Shown here: positions 40,901-51,809 of the stretch, one piece after another | Layout of the letters: each line of letters starts with the position of its first letter | Position numbering within the stretch: position 1 is the stretch's first letter | DNA from: a bacterium | Lineage (GTDB): Bacteria; UBA8248 | Direction of reading: 5' to 3' | Assembly (NCBI GenBank): GCA_965207065.1 | Contig: OZ242260.1 | Coordinates: 3,488,001 to 3,552,000, forward strand | Length of the DNA stretch: 64,000 nucleotides | The notes under the pieces: generated by a model | Seen by the model: only the letters and a program-made list of their open reading frames with translations | The model's database searches: none | What the model was told of the DNA's origin: nothing | Translations under genes and position numbers: made by a program

Positions 40901-41669
40901 CACCTTTTACATATGCCGACGCGAACTAACCTCGTTTTTCTTCTCGCCTATCGCTTATGTCATCCTTGCCGCATGGACGGTATTGATGGGATTCTTCTAT
41001 TCTGGCGCTTTTCTCTCCTACGCCGTCGTATCAATGCAATTGGCCAGAAATCCCCAGGCGGCAGCTCAATACAACATCACGCCGACTTCCGCTGTTCTGG
41101 AACCGGTTTTTTCCAGCGTCACCGTGATTCTCTTGTTCGTCGCTCCGTTGCTTACAATGCGCCTGTTCAGTGAAGAGAAAAAACAGGGCACCATAGAGCT
41201 GATGCTCACCTTCCCACTGCGCAACGGCCAATTATTCGCCGGCAAGTATCTCTCCGTTTTATTCATCTATTTGATAATGCTGGCAATTACTATCGTATAT
41301 CCGATTATTCTGAGTGCTTTCGTCAAGGTGGATTGGACCATCGTTTCCTCGGCCTATCTGGGAATGGTATTGACGGGCATGGCGTTCCTTTCCGTTGGCC
41401 TTTTGGCCAGTTCATGGACCTCGAACCAGATCGTCGCAGCCATGCTTGCCTTCATGATCCTTCTCGCAACTTTCCTGGTAGAAGCGCTCGCAATATCGGC
41501 CGGGGAGCCGTTATCTTCGATACTCAGGCATCTTTCATTGGGCATGCATTTGCGAAATTTCATTCGAGGCATCGTCGATACGCGCGACGTTATTTATCTC
41601 ATCAACATCAACCTCTTATGTGGTTTCCTCGTGCTCAGATCACTTGAATACTATAGGTGGAGAGGGTAG
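40893..41669 (+). CDS. ABC-2 type permease (GldF-like)
   Basis: RRELTSFFFSPIAY, PLLTMRLFSEEKKQGTIELMLT, T-x-NQIVA. Confidence 0.9.
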   Translation: MHNTFYICRRELTSFFFSPIAYVILAAWTVLMGFFYSGAFLSYAVVSMQLARNPQAAAQYNITPTSAVLEPVFSSVTVILLFVAPLLTMRLFSEEKKQGTIELMLTFPLRNGQLFAGKYLSVLFIYLIMLAITIVYPIILSAFVKVDWTIVSSAYLGMVLTGMAFLSVGLLASSWTSNQIVAAMLAFMILLATFLVEALAISAGEPLSSILRHLSLGMHLRNFIRGIVDTRDVIYLININLLCGFLVLRSLEYYRWRG

Positions 41670-41673
41670 GAAC

Positions 41674-43362
41674 TTGGAAAACAGAAATCTTTACTTGTTC
41701 ATCGCCTCAGCCGCCTTATTGCTGATTGGCATCTCCGGCTGGGCCGGGCATGACCAGTTTTCGGAACCTCCCCGATGGGCTTTCGCCATTATCGCCCTGG
41801 GAATTGTTTGTTTCGTTTATACGGTGTGGATATCCCGGCGCGAACTCCAAGGCGGCATTCGGCTCCGCTCTACCAGAACGGGCATACAGGTCGCGCTCAT
41901 GATCGTTGTGGTGACCTCTATTTTGGTCATCGTTGAACTCGTGAGCGTCAAATACTTCAAGCGTTGGGACGTCACTCCTGGAAACTTCTACAGCTTGTCC
42001 GCGAAAACCATCAATCTGTTGAAAAAGCTCGATAGAGAAAAGAAGCGAATCGAGATCATTGCCTTTACACGCAAACTTGAAGAACCTGCTGTAACGGAGA
42101 TTTTGGAGCAATATAAACGGGCATCGAAACAAATCTCTTTCCGGTTTTTGAACCTCGACGCCTCCCCGCGCACCGCCAAGAAATATGACGCAGACGCTTA
42201 TGGCACATTGGTCGTGATTCACCATTTCGACAAAGAGCAAATCGAGAAACAGAACAAATCGAACTCCGCCGACCAGGAGAAGAAACCGACCTTCAGATCG
42301 GAAAAGATATTCAATCTTTCGGAAAACGCGATCGCCAATGCGATTCTGAAAACCATCCAATCCGAGCAGAAACGCGTATATTACCTCACGGGCCATGGAG
42401 AACGACTTTTCACGGGTCAGGGACGCGAGGCGATGAGGGCGCTGGCCATCGGTATGAGGGATGACAACTACCAGGTAGATGAACTTCTGCTGCTCAGGAA
42501 AAAGGGCGTGCCTCAAAATACCAGCATGCTGATTATCGCGGCGCCCCAAAAAGAGTTGGAAGAAGCTGAAGTCAAGTATATCGACGATTACATCAAATCC
42601 GGCGGAAAGCTTCTTGTTTTCCTGGAACCCGGAATGAAGCCGGGGCGCCTTACAGCGCTGTTGGAGAGATACGGATTTGAAATTCCCGAATCTTTCGTCG
42701 TCGACCCCGAATCGGTGCGCTATGAATTGGCGGGCGGAAATATAATCACGCCGTTCGCCGTTAACTATGGGTTGCACGAAATCACCAGGCAATTAAAGGG
42801 TTTCGCTACGGTATTTCCAACGGTGAGGAAGGTATCCGCCAAGGGTCTGCCCAAGGCGGGGCTGCACTCAGAGGAACTGGTCAGGACGGGTCCCGGAAGT
42901 TTTACAGTCGAGGAGATATCGATCCAGAACGGGCAACTTCACTTCGACCCGAAAACCAAGAAAGATGGTCCCGTGCCGATTGGCGCCGCTGTCACGGTTA
43001 CGCTGGATCTTTACAAACTTGCGCAAGGGCAGGGGGCTGCAGACGATGCCAAAACACCAGCCTCCCAGAAGAAAACGAACGAGAAAAACGAGGCTAAAAT
43101 TGTCGTTTTCGGGGATGCCGATTTCGCGAGCGATGCTTTCATCGGGGCGCAAGGCAACGGGAATCTTGTGTTTAATTCCGTGAACTGGCTCGGCGGCGAG
43201 AAAGACCTGATCACCATTCGTCCGAAAAGCCGTACGGGCGAACCTCTCGTGCTGGCCGGCGGGGAGGGGCGGTTCGTTCACTTGTTCACTGTCTGGGTCA
43301 TGCCGTTGTTCATCATCCTCATCGGTGCCGCCGTCTACGTCAGGAGAAGGCAACTGCGGTGA
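41674..43362 (+). CDS. GldG-like ABC auxiliary/periplasmic component
   Basis: RWDVT-x4-YSLS-x2-T, YYLTGHGE, GGKLLVFLEP, VVFGDADF, NSVNWL, C-terminal TM. Confidence 0.87.
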   Translation: MENRNLYLFIASAALLLIGISGWAGHDQFSEPPRWAFAIIALGIVCFVYTVWISRRELQGGIRLRSTRTGIQVALMIVVVTSILVIVELVSVKYFKRWDVTPGNFYSLSAKTINLLKKLDREKKRIEIIAFTRKLEEPAVTEILEQYKRASKQISFRFLNLDASPRTAKKYDADAYGTLVVIHHFDKEQIEKQNKSNSADQEKKPTFRSEKIFNLSENAIANAILKTIQSEQKRVYYLTGHGERLFTGQGREAMRALAIGMRDDNYQVDELLLLRKKGVPQNTSMLIIAAPQKELEEAEVKYIDDYIKSGGKLLVFLEPGMKPGRLTALLERYGFEIPESFVVDPESVRYELAGGNIITPFAVNYGLHEITRQLKGFATVFPTVRKVSAKGLPKAGLHSEELVRTGPGSFTVEEISIQNGQLHFDPKTKKDGPVPIGAAVTVTLDLYKLAQGQGAADDAKTPASQKKTNEKNEAKIVVFGDADFASDAFIGAQGNGNLVFNSVNWLGGEKDLITIRPKSRTGEPLVLAGGEGRFVHLFTVWVMPLFIILIGAAVYVRRRQLR

Positions 43363-45221
43363 ACCCTAAGAAAAATCTCATATTACTACTCGTTTTGATC
43401 ATCCTTGGTAGCGCGTATTACGTCTACGGCGTGAAATGGGCGTCCGAGGAGCGCGCCGCCGAAGAGCGCAAGGTCAAACTCCTGAAAGGAATTGACGAAA
43501 AGGCGCTGATCAGAATTGACGTAACGAGAGAAGAAGAACCATACCAAATCATCCGGACGGAGAAAGGGTGGCGTTTCGTGAAACCCGTCGATGCCGCCGT
43601 CGATTCGGATGAAGTCGAGAAACTACTCGAAGCGGCGACGAAACTCCGCGAGCGCCGGCGTATTGGAAACGTAAAAGACAGGACAGAGTTTGGAATGGAC
43701 AAGCCCAGGATGAAAATCACCTTTGGGCTGAAAGACAAGGATGATGTTTCCATCGAGATTGGCGATAGAACCCCCACGCGCGAATTTCGATATGCCTCGG
43801 TAGCGAAGAATCCTGAAATCTTTACCCTCCAGCTTTCCGACATCGCCAAATTCGATAAAACGGTATTCAGCATACGGGACAGGTCGATTGTCCCGGTGAT
43901 GCCCGAAAGCGCGAATAAGGTGATCGTCGAGCCTCAGGATGGAGGCGAATACACCGTTGTCCGCAAGAGCAAAGATGAATGGGCGCTCGTGAAACCCATC
44001 CAGGACAGGGCCGACGCCATCGATTCCGAGGGCATTGTTTCTACCCTCAGATGGGACAAGGTGCAAAGATTCGTTGATGAAGCACCAAAGAACCTCGCCC
44101 CTTATGGTCTGGATAAACCCGGACTCACGGTGCGCATTTTCACCGAGGACAATGACAAGCCTGCAGACGGGGTTATCCTGGGCAGCAGAAAAGTGGAAGC
44201 GCCGGAGCCGAAGAGCGGCAAGAAAAAACCAAAAGCATATTACTACGCCAGGAGGCTCTCCGGCGGCCCCGTGATGCTCATCAATGAGAAAACAGTCAAG
44301 GAATTGCCTAAATCCGTATTTTCGCTAAGGCACAAGACTGTCATCGATTATGATGTCGACCACATCACGCGCCTTCTGGTTGAATCGAAATCTCAAAAAA
44401 TAGACATCGTCCGAAAAGCGAAAAAGAAGTGGGACCTCCACGTCACTACGGCGGATGGGAAGAAAGAGAAACTCATCGGTCGCCACAAGCACGTGGACGA
44501 CCTCTTGTGGGACATCAAGTGGAGCAATTCGATTGACTATGTGGATGACCCCGGGAGCGATTTGTCGAAATACGGCCTTGCGCGGGCGGACGGCAAGGGC
44601 GCGCCGCTTCGCTTCACCCTCTGGCTGAAGAAGAAAGAAGATGCGCCTCTGGAGGATAAGTCTTTGATTATCGGGCGTTTTCTGGAAAAGAAGAAGAGAG
44701 CCTACGGCCGAATCGAGGGGGAAAAACGTCTGTTCGCCATCAAGAAAGAAGACTATGACAAGCTCACGAAAACGCCCTATTTCCTGAGCGAGCGGCGGCT
44801 GCTCCTGTACGCGAAAGACGAGGAAATTACGGAAGTTACGGCGCGCTTCCCGGATAAATCCTCTATGAAGCTCGAGCGCTTCGGCGATAGCTGGCGGTTC
44901 CTCTCCCCAGAGGGCAGGGAGGCCGAGCCCGGCAACGTGAACGATCTGGTAGGCGCCCTCAGGGATTTCGAGCGGGAAGGGGAGGCGGAACCCGGCGAAG
45001 CGCCTGATTTCAAAGACTTTATCGTCGAACTCTCGGGCCGGGACATCCGCCACGGCGAGTGGGGCCCGTTCCGCTTCGCGGGTAAGGAAGGCTCTGAGTT
45101 CATGTACATGCGAGAGGGCGGAAAGACCTACCGCATCACCAAGAAATGGAATGAAGATAAGCTTCCCAAGTCCTTGAAAGACTGGGAGAAAGAGAAAAAA
45201 TCCGACGACGGTTCCGCATAG
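43359..45221 (+). CDS. DUF4340 repeat-containing membrane-anchored protein
   Basis: N-terminal TM and repeated W-x4-P...A-D...(Y/F)GLD-x-P units. Typical last gene of gldAFG-like operons. Confidence 0.8.
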   Translation: MNPKKNLILLLVLIILGSAYYVYGVKWASEERAAEERKVKLLKGIDEKALIRIDVTREEEPYQIIRTEKGWRFVKPVDAAVDSDEVEKLLEAATKLRERRRIGNVKDRTEFGMDKPRMKITFGLKDKDDVSIEIGDRTPTREFRYASVAKNPEIFTLQLSDIAKFDKTVFSIRDRSIVPVMPESANKVIVEPQDGGEYTVVRKSKDEWALVKPIQDRADAIDSEGIVSTLRWDKVQRFVDEAPKNLAPYGLDKPGLTVRIFTEDNDKPADGVILGSRKVEAPEPKSGKKKPKAYYYARRLSGGPVMLINEKTVKELPKSVFSLRHKTVIDYDVDHITRLLVESKSQKIDIVRKAKKKWDLHVTTADGKKEKLIGRHKHVDDLLWDIKWSNSIDYVDDPGSDLSKYGLARADGKGAPLRFTLWLKKKEDAPLEDKSLIIGRFLEKKKRAYGRIEGEKRLFAIKKEDYDKLTKTPYFLSERRLLLYAKDEEITEVTARFPDKSSMKLERFGDSWRFLSPEGREAEPGNVNDLVGALRDFEREGEAEPGEAPDFKDFIVELSGRDIRHGEWGPFRFAGKEGSEFMYMREGGKTYRITKKWNEDKLPKSLKDWEKEKKSDDGSA

Positions 45222-46278
45222 GATTCACACCCTCCGGTACCCCTCGCAAGTCGGCGGAACCTGAAATTCCGCAACACCAAAGCGTCAGCTCATCGTTTCA
45301 TGCTCTACTTCTTATTTATCAATCATATATGACGTATATTTGGAATTGTGTTTAGTAAAATATCCCGCCGGTTTCGCGCACGCATCCACCCGCATTTGCG
45401 CGCATTTGCCGTCATCGTCCAGGGCGCAGCTTATGGCAGAATTCCCCTGAGTCGCGACCCCGTTGCGTCTTGTCCCTGATAATTAATTGTCGGAAATTTA
45501 CGGAAAAACCCTGTGAATTTATCTAATTTTATTGATATTTTCAGAAATTCCACAGGCCTGAGCGCGTCGAATCGCTCCATCGTCACACATGCAGGCGTAT
45601 CGGGGCTGATGACAGTGAGTGCGCCTTCAACTCCGAGTGAAGAAGATCGGCTCTTGCCGGAAAAGATCAATCACGACTGATGAAGAAGTGGTCTGCGTGG
45701 CGGAAGAGGAATCGTTTGCCGATCGTGAGTGGCTGCGGTTTTCATAACGCTCCGTATTGTCGGTCCGTATTCTCCCTCCCCGCGCAAATGAGAACACTCC
45801 CTTTTCCGTGCGGTGTTTCTCGTCCGTTCCGCCGAAAAGCCATAACGCTGGCCGCGAACTACTGCGTCCGCATTGAGCCGCTCCCTCCCCGGTTCAGGGC
45901 TTGTTTACGTCCGAAAGTTTCCGCCTTGTGCGAATGCGGCGTTTGTGGCTATCATTTTCGCATCACGAGGGGAGCGAGCCAACAGAACAGACGGGAAGCG
46001 ACCTGACAGTACAGACGGGAAGGGAACGATCTCATCCGGCGGCTCGCTCGCAGCCGCATGGAAGCTCATCCATACCAACTGTCCCCTTGACGGAAGTTTT
46101 CCGCAAGACAATCGAAAGCGCGCATACGTTTGCGCCCGGGGCTTCGCCGCCGCGCAGCATAGCCGGTCTTTGAGAACGCGCGCGGAAAGAAGTATGCTTG
46201 CCGGGACGCTTACTGCTCGTGGCGATGGCTGCCTCGGAACGGGCGGCTGCCGGTCAGGCAAAAACGTCAGGGGAGTAC

Positions 46279-47676
46279 ATGAGGTCGCATCCGGACGCAC
46301 GGGAAATCATTATCGTAGGGGCAGGCGCCGCAGGCCTGGCCGCCGCGTGGACACTCGCATCGCACCGCCGACATGGCGACTACCGGGTCCAGATACTGGA
46401 AGCCTCGGAGAGGATTGGCGGTCGCATGTTTTGCGAGGAGGTCGACGGCTTTCAGGTGTACGGCGGCGCCAGCGTCATCCACGAGTCATTCGCAACCGTC
46501 AGGGAAGTGGCGCGTGCGCTGGACGTGGAGCTCCACCCGAGTCCCGGCAAGAAAGGTGCGCAGAGTTTCGCTGACGGACGATTCTGGAGCCTGTACGTGG
46601 GGGGGTCGCTGAAGCAGAAGCTGGAGAGCCTCCGCACCATGTTTTTCTCGCCGCAGAATTCGCTGAGGGGAATGTGGGAGCTTGCGCGCCTTTTCGCGAA
46701 GCTGAGGAAACACAGCGATGAACTCGACTTCGAGGACCACACTCGGATCTTCGACCTGGACACGGGGGAGAGTTTCGCCGAATTTGCCCGCTCCAATAAC
46801 CTGAACCGATACCTGAAGCACGGCGGGGAACTGGACATCAACTGCTTCACGGGGGGCAGTCCCGAGCAGGTGGGGGCTGCGTATGGAATGGCGCTGCTAT
46901 GGCTCTGGACCTTCAATCAGGCTGAGCGCAGCTATCTGCCTAAGCAGGGGGTCGCTACATTCGCCAAGGCTCTAACCGATACCGTTGCAGACTCCATCCG
47001 TGTCGCCACGCCGGTCGAACGAATCCTCACCGAGGCCGGGGCGGCAAGAGGTGTCGTCACGGTAAGTGGAGAAGAAATCCGTGCGGACGCGGTCATTTGC
47101 GCAACCACGTCCTCGACCGCCGCGCGCATCATCCCGGACCCGGCGGTGCGGGAGGTGCTGGAGCGTGTCACCTACAGTTCATGCTGCAATGTAGCGTTCG
47201 GCCTGGATGTGAACATCCTGCCGGAGGATTGCCATGCGGCCCTTTTCCCCCGGGGTTCTCAGACGTTTCTGACCATGGTCACCAATCTGGCGGGCCTCAC
47301 CCCTGAAGCGGCGCCACCCGGGAAGACCCTTGTTCACGCGCTGGTGATAGACGAACACGCAAGAGAGTTGTTCACCTGTAGTGACGATGAGGTCCTGCGC
47401 CGTGTCATGGGCGAAATGCGCCGGTTCTTTCAGGCAATGCCCGAACAACCCGTTTTCGGGAAGGTGTACCGATGGCCGGAAGCCATATGTCTGATGCCCG
47501 GCGGAATGCTCAGGGAGATGCATGAGATGCGTACCCGGCTCCCGGACCGTATAGGGGGGTTGTTCGTTGCCGGCGACTACACACGGCTGCCTTCCCTGAA
47601 TGGCGCAATGAAAAGTGGCGTGGAAGCCGCCGAGGACAGCCTGGCGTATCTGGAAAACCCGCGCTTGCACCGTTGA
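46279..47676 (+). CDS. FAD-dependent oxidoreductase (amine oxidase/protoporphyrinogen oxidase family)
   Basis: IVGAGAAGL, LEASERIGGR, AGDY-x4-SLNGA-x-SG. Confidence 0.85.
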   Translation: MRSHPDAREIIIVGAGAAGLAAAWTLASHRRHGDYRVQILEASERIGGRMFCEEVDGFQVYGGASVIHESFATVREVARALDVELHPSPGKKGAQSFADGRFWSLYVGGSLKQKLESLRTMFFSPQNSLRGMWELARLFAKLRKHSDELDFEDHTRIFDLDTGESFAEFARSNNLNRYLKHGGELDINCFTGGSPEQVGAAYGMALLWLWTFNQAERSYLPKQGVATFAKALTDTVADSIRVATPVERILTEAGAARGVVTVSGEEIRADAVICATTSSTAARIIPDPAVREVLERVTYSSCCNVAFGLDVNILPEDCHAALFPRGSQTFLTMVTNLAGLTPEAAPPGKTLVHALVIDEHARELFTCSDDEVLRRVMGEMRRFFQAMPEQPVFGKVYRWPEAICLMPGGMLREMHEMRTRLPDRIGGLFVAGDYTRLPSLNGAMKSGVEAAEDSLAYLENPRLHR

Positions 47677-47703
47677 AGGTGGACAGATTGCCGCGCCTGT
47701 GGT

Positions 47704-49107
47704 TCACCGGAACGACTCGAACGCCGGCGACTTGCCCCAGCCGCCGCGTTCCTCCTCCAGGGCGTGGGCGATTCTGTAGAGCGCGGCCTCGCTGAAAACA
47801 GGCCCGACCAGCTGCACGGCGAGCGGCAGCCCGTCTCCTGAAAACCCCCAGGGCAGGGATATCGCCGGTGCGCCCAGGGTGTTGACCCAGCGCGTGAAAC
47901 GCGTGAGCGTTGGAATCAGCGCCTCGGCTTCCGAGCGCGCCTGCGCGTGTGAGGGCGCGGGAGTAGGCGTCGTCGGCCCGGCCAGCGCGTCCACGGCGGA
48001 GAACACCTCCTTCTCGTAGTGGCGGATCAACTCCTCGCGCCTGGCGAGTGCTGCGTGATATTCAGCCGACTGGACCCCGCGCCCGGCTTCCAGGCGCGCC
48101 AGAATTTCGGGCGTCACCTGGTCTTCGTACTCCTCCAGTCGCTCGCCGTGTATCATCAGCGCCTCGTATTTGAAGATCGTGTTGGCGAGTTCCTCGAGTT
48201 CTTCCGTATGAGGAGGCGTCATTGGTGCGAGACGCGCGCCCAGGCGTTCGAGCGCCCCGCATATTTCTCCATTTGCGGACTGCACCTCCTCGGATGCGCC
48301 CCGCAACTCCGCACCTTCCAGAACACCCACGCGCATGCCCTCGACGCTCTCTCCGAGTGCCCGGGTGTAATCGGGGACGGGCCGCGCGCTTGCACTCGCA
48401 TCCAGGGGGTCGGCGCCCGCGATGGCGGAGAGCACCAGCGCGTTGTCCGCCACCGTTCGCGTGAGCGGGCCGAAGGTATCGAGCGTCCAGGAGAGCGGCA
48501 TCCCCCCATGCCGGCTCACGCGGCCGTTCGTGGGTTTCAGGCCCACCACGCCGCAAAACGCCGCCGGCAGCCGGATGGAGCCGCCCGTATCCGTGCCGAC
48601 CGCCGCCAGCGCCAACCCGCCGGCCACCGCGCAGCCCGACCCGCTGCTCGACCCTCCCGTAACATAACCCTGCTTCCAGGGGTTCTGCGGGTCTCCGAAA
48701 TGCTTGTTCCGTCCCGTCGGTCCCATGGCGAGTTCCGCCATGTTGAGTTTCCCCATGTTGACGGTCCCGGCCTCATCGAGCCGTTTCCAGACGCTCGATA
48801 CCGCGTCCTGGGGCGGGTCGTCTTCGAACATCATGCTTCCGCAGGTCGTGGGAGTCCCCGGAATGTGGCAGAGGTCCTTGTAGGCCACGGGAACCCCGTC
48901 GAGGGGCCCGAGTTCATCGCCGAAGCGGAACCTTCGCTCGGATTCCCGCGACTCTCTGCGCAACTCTCTTTCGCTGACGTGTAAAAAGGCCCTCAGGTGG
49001 AGATTCCACTCTTTGATGCGGGCGAGGGCGTCTTCGGCGACTTCGACGGGCGAGACTTCACCGGCGCGGTAGGCATCCCTCAGCGCCGTGATCGTCCAGT
49101 CGCTCAT
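47704..49107 (-). CDS. Amidase signature family protein
   Basis: GPLDGVPVAYKD, GGSSSGS, GTDTGGSIRLPA. Confidence 0.92.
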   Translation of the reverse strand: MSDWTITALRDAYRAGEVSPVEVAEDALARIKEWNLHLRAFLHVSERELRRESRESERRFRFGDELGPLDGVPVAYKDLCHIPGTPTTCGSMMFEDDPPQDAVSSVWKRLDEAGTVNMGKLNMAELAMGPTGRNKHFGDPQNPWKQGYVTGGSSSGSGCAVAGGLALAAVGTDTGGSIRLPAAFCGVVGLKPTNGRVSRHGGMPLSWTLDTFGPLTRTVADNALVLSAIAGADPLDASASARPVPDYTRALGESVEGMRVGVLEGAELRGASEEVQSANGEICGALERLGARLAPMTPPHTEELEELANTIFKYEALMIHGERLEEYEDQVTPEILARLEAGRGVQSAEYHAALARREELIRHYEKEVFSAVDALAGPTTPTPAPSHAQARSEAEALIPTLTRFTRWVNTLGAPAISLPWGFSGDGLPLAVQLVGPVFSEAALYRIAHALEEERGGWGKSPAFESFR

Positions 49108-49141
49108 TGGTGGGTTCTGCGGAAGGGTGCGGCCGGGCGCA

Positions 49142-49696
49142 TCATCCGCTGCCCGGGTAGCCCGGAGCCTGGAGGACGCGCGTCATCTGGTCCTGATGGA
49201 GAAAATCGTGTGTCCCCGAATAGACGATGCGGTCGTAGATGTTGAGGTCGCCGTAGCGGAAATGCTTATGCGTGTAGCGGCTCATGTCGGTGCTCCGGTG
49301 GGGGAGCATCATCTGGTGAACCGCCTCCCGGTTGGGCATGAGCCTGGTTATCATGTCACCGAATTCGCCTTCGCCCTTCGGGATGAGGAAATCGGGCGCC
49401 GGAACCCGGCCCTGCTCCCTGCGCCTGAGCGCCTCCCGGCTCATCTTCTGGGGGTTCTCGGGCCCCGTATCCCACGACCCGGACTCCGCCGCTTCCGCGA
49501 GACCCTTTTCGAGGGAGCGCGCGTAATAATTGTCCGTCAAGAGCATGTGCTCGAGGTTCTCATGCAGGGACCATTCGCAGTCGGGAGGCTTCCAGTGAAC
49601 GTGGGCGGTGTCGATGCCTTCCAGAAAGGCGATCAGGTTTCTTCTGTCATTGAAAGCCGAGTCGAAGGCCTCATCGAACATCTCTTCTGGAGTCAT
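49142..49696 (-). CDS. DinB-family protein
   Basis: WSLHENLEH and HDFLHQDQ His pattern. Confidence 0.8.
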   Translation of the reverse strand: MTPEEMFDEAFDSAFNDRRNLIAFLEGIDTAHVHWKPPDCEWSLHENLEHMLLTDNYYARSLEKGLAEAAESGSWDTGPENPQKMSREALRRREQGRVPAPDFLIPKGEGEFGDMITRLMPNREAVHQMMLPHRSTDMSRYTHKHFRYGDLNIYDRIVYSGTHDFLHQDQMTRVLQAPGYPGSG

Positions 49697-49761
49697 TGCC
49701 GATATCCTTCATGTCAAGATAGCAAGTGTTCTGATCCAATCGTAATTTTCTGAGGAGGGAC

Positions 49762-50670
49762 TCAGGACGCCCGCCCTGCGCCGGGAGAGCGCACCTCGAT
49801 ATCCAGCCATTCCTCCCAGAGCTTGATGAGCGAGGCGTATTCTTCGGCCCCGTATCCTTTCTGTATCGCCATCTCATAAACGTGATGCGTAGCACTTGCG
49901 ATGAAGGTGGGAACGCGGAGTTCACGGGCCAGTTCGAGGCACAGGTCGGAATCTTTCGTCGCCAGGTCGGTCGTCATCCCGGGCGTGAACTCTCCCGGCA
50001 GGATGTGCTTTCTGAGCCTGTCCTCCACCTGGCGGCTGCGGCCCGAACTGACGGCGATGACGTCGCAGAGCAGGTCGGGGTCGGCGCCCGCCGCGACGCC
50101 CAGCGCCATGGCCTCGGTCAAGGCCGCGAGGTTCACGTGCGAGAGCATGTTGTTCACGACCTTGAACAGCATGCCCATGCCCGAAGCGCCGCAGTGAAAG
50201 ACGTTTTTTCCGAAACACTCGAGAAGGGGCTTGAGCCTCTCGAACCCCGCTTCGCCGCCGCCCACCATCAGCGTGAGCGTGCCGGACTTGGCCCCCTGCA
50301 CGCCGCCGCTTACGGCGGCATCCATCAGTTCGGCCCCTTGCGCGCGCACTTGTGGAGCAAGCTCCTTGATGAGGGAAGGGGAAACGGTGCTCGTCTCGGC
50401 CAGGAGCGCGCCGTCTCGCGCGCCCGCCAGGATTCCCTCCTCACCCAGAATCACTTCGCGCGATATGTTGGGGTGCGGCAAGGACGTGAAAATAACTTCT
50501 GAGCGGGAGGACACGTCCGCCGGGCTGCGTCCGGCGCGCGCGCCTTTTCTCTCGGCATCCAGCGTTGCTTCCTCTCGAACGTCGTACGCCGTTACCTCAT
50601 GACCGGCCCCGATAAGGTGGGCGCAAATCTCGCTTCCCATCCTCCCCAGGCCGATGAAACCAAGCTCCAC
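49762..50670 (-). CDS. NAD(P)-dependent beta-hydroxyacid dehydrogenase (3-hydroxyisobutyrate dehydrogenase/tartronate semialdehyde reductase family)
   Basis: GFIGLGRMG, DAAVSGG, GTLTLMVGG, KVVNN. GTG start after GAGGAGG. Confidence 0.9.
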   Translation of the reverse strand: MELGFIGLGRMGSEICAHLIGAGHEVTAYDVREEATLDAERKGARAGRSPADVSSRSEVIFTSLPHPNISREVILGEEGILAGARDGALLAETSTVSPSLIKELAPQVRAQGAELMDAAVSGGVQGAKSGTLTLMVGGGEAGFERLKPLLECFGKNVFHCGASGMGMLFKVVNNMLSHVNLAALTEAMALGVAAGADPDLLCDVIAVSSGRSRQVEDRLRKHILPGEFTPGMTTDLATKDSDLCLELARELRVPTFIASATHHVYEMAIQKGYGAEEYASLIKLWEEWLDIEVRSPGAGRAS

Positions 50671-50721
50671 CTTTCGCCTCCTCGCCGGATACGCTGTCCA
50701 CTCTTCACGAAAGAATATAAA

Positions 50722-50798
<77 letters not shown>

Positions 50799-50919
50799 AC
50801 CGAAAGAATTGTTCCGCGCAAAAGGCCCGGGCGCGACAGGGATGGCGTGTCGAACCGATCCGGGTTTTTGGCGAAAGAAATATCACAAGCTATTTAGTAA
50901 GGCTTAAGCGTGGCTTACG

Positions 50920-51603
50920 TCAAGGGCTTCGCGTCACCGAAGCCGGGGAAATGTATTTGTCCCGGAAACGGCGTTTTGAAGAGGAGGAATTTCCGGTAAG
51001 GGGAATAGGGGAGAAGAGGCTGGGTATCCGGGGGTCGCCGCTATACATGGTGGCGATCCGGTGGCCCCCCGTTTTCGATACCGTGGTGCGCGTCATCTCG
51101 CGCAACGGGACGGCCTGACCGCCGACAAGCAGGCGCATTCGTCCTTTCTTGAGGAATACGGTGGTGAAGCGGTCATAGGCTTTCAGGGCGAATTCAACTC
51201 CCTTGCCGCGCAATTCTCCCGCAGGCGTCACCACGCTCAGGCTCAACCCGCAGGAAGCCTTGTAGCACTTCACCGTGCCCCTGTTCAGTTTCGCCGAATA
51301 CGTGCCGCCCCGCCTCAGGCCCACCAACTGAAAGGAAGTGTTCGGTTCCACCAGGAGCCGGCAACCCGGGCGACGCCGGAAATGAATCAGCGCACGCGAA
51401 CGCGCGCTCGTCACGATGTGATCGCCCGGGAGCATCAAACGCCGGCCTCTGAAGGAAACTTTTTTCCCGCGCGAGAAAACGATGTGGGGCTGGCCGGAGA
51501 TTGCTCTCATTTCAACGAGGAATTTATTTTCTGCGAGGGCGGAGGAAACGACGCACAGGGGGAGCAGATGTATCCCGAGAATCAGGATTTTGAATCTGGT
51601 CAT
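50920..51603 (-). CDS. FecR-domain exported protein
   Basis: Signal peptide, L-x-PGD-x-IVT-x3-SRA-x-I-x-F, NT, L-x2-G, TPAG-x3-KG-x-EF, GRM. Confidence 0.65.
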   Translation of the reverse strand: MTRFKILILGIHLLPLCVVSSALAENKFLVEMRAISGQPHIVFSRGKKVSFRGRRLMLPGDHIVTSARSRALIHFRRRPGCRLLVEPNTSFQLVGLRRGGTYSAKLNRGTVKCYKASCGLSLSVVTPAGELRGKGVEFALKAYDRFTTVFLKKGRMRLLVGGQAVPLREMTRTTVSKTGGHRIATMYSGDPRIPSLFSPIPLTGNSSSSKRRFRDKYISPASVTRSP

Positions 51604-51809
51604 GTCATCCCCGTGGAGAAGCGGCAAAGCGGCAGACCTCTTAAGGATATGTAAAGGATTTTCTGGAGATTTGCAAGTTCCCTAACTACCGGAAAAGCAA
51701 CCACATCCCGAAATTCGGGCTAGAAGGGGGGGGAGCGCTTGGTTGGCGTTCTGCAAGAGGGGTGGTTCTGCTGCCTGGAGATTTTGCAGGAGACCCGTAG
51801 TTGTCCTTT

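Noticed and set aside
46030-46110. MazF/PemK-like remnant on the minus strand (LPSRGQLVWMSF)
   Set aside because: Only about 12 residues resemble the family. There is no start/RBS and no downstream RP motif.
45680-46270. Several short ORFs in the spacer before the FAD oxidoreductase
   Set aside because: No motifs, RBS or consistent codon bias. Probably decayed sequence.
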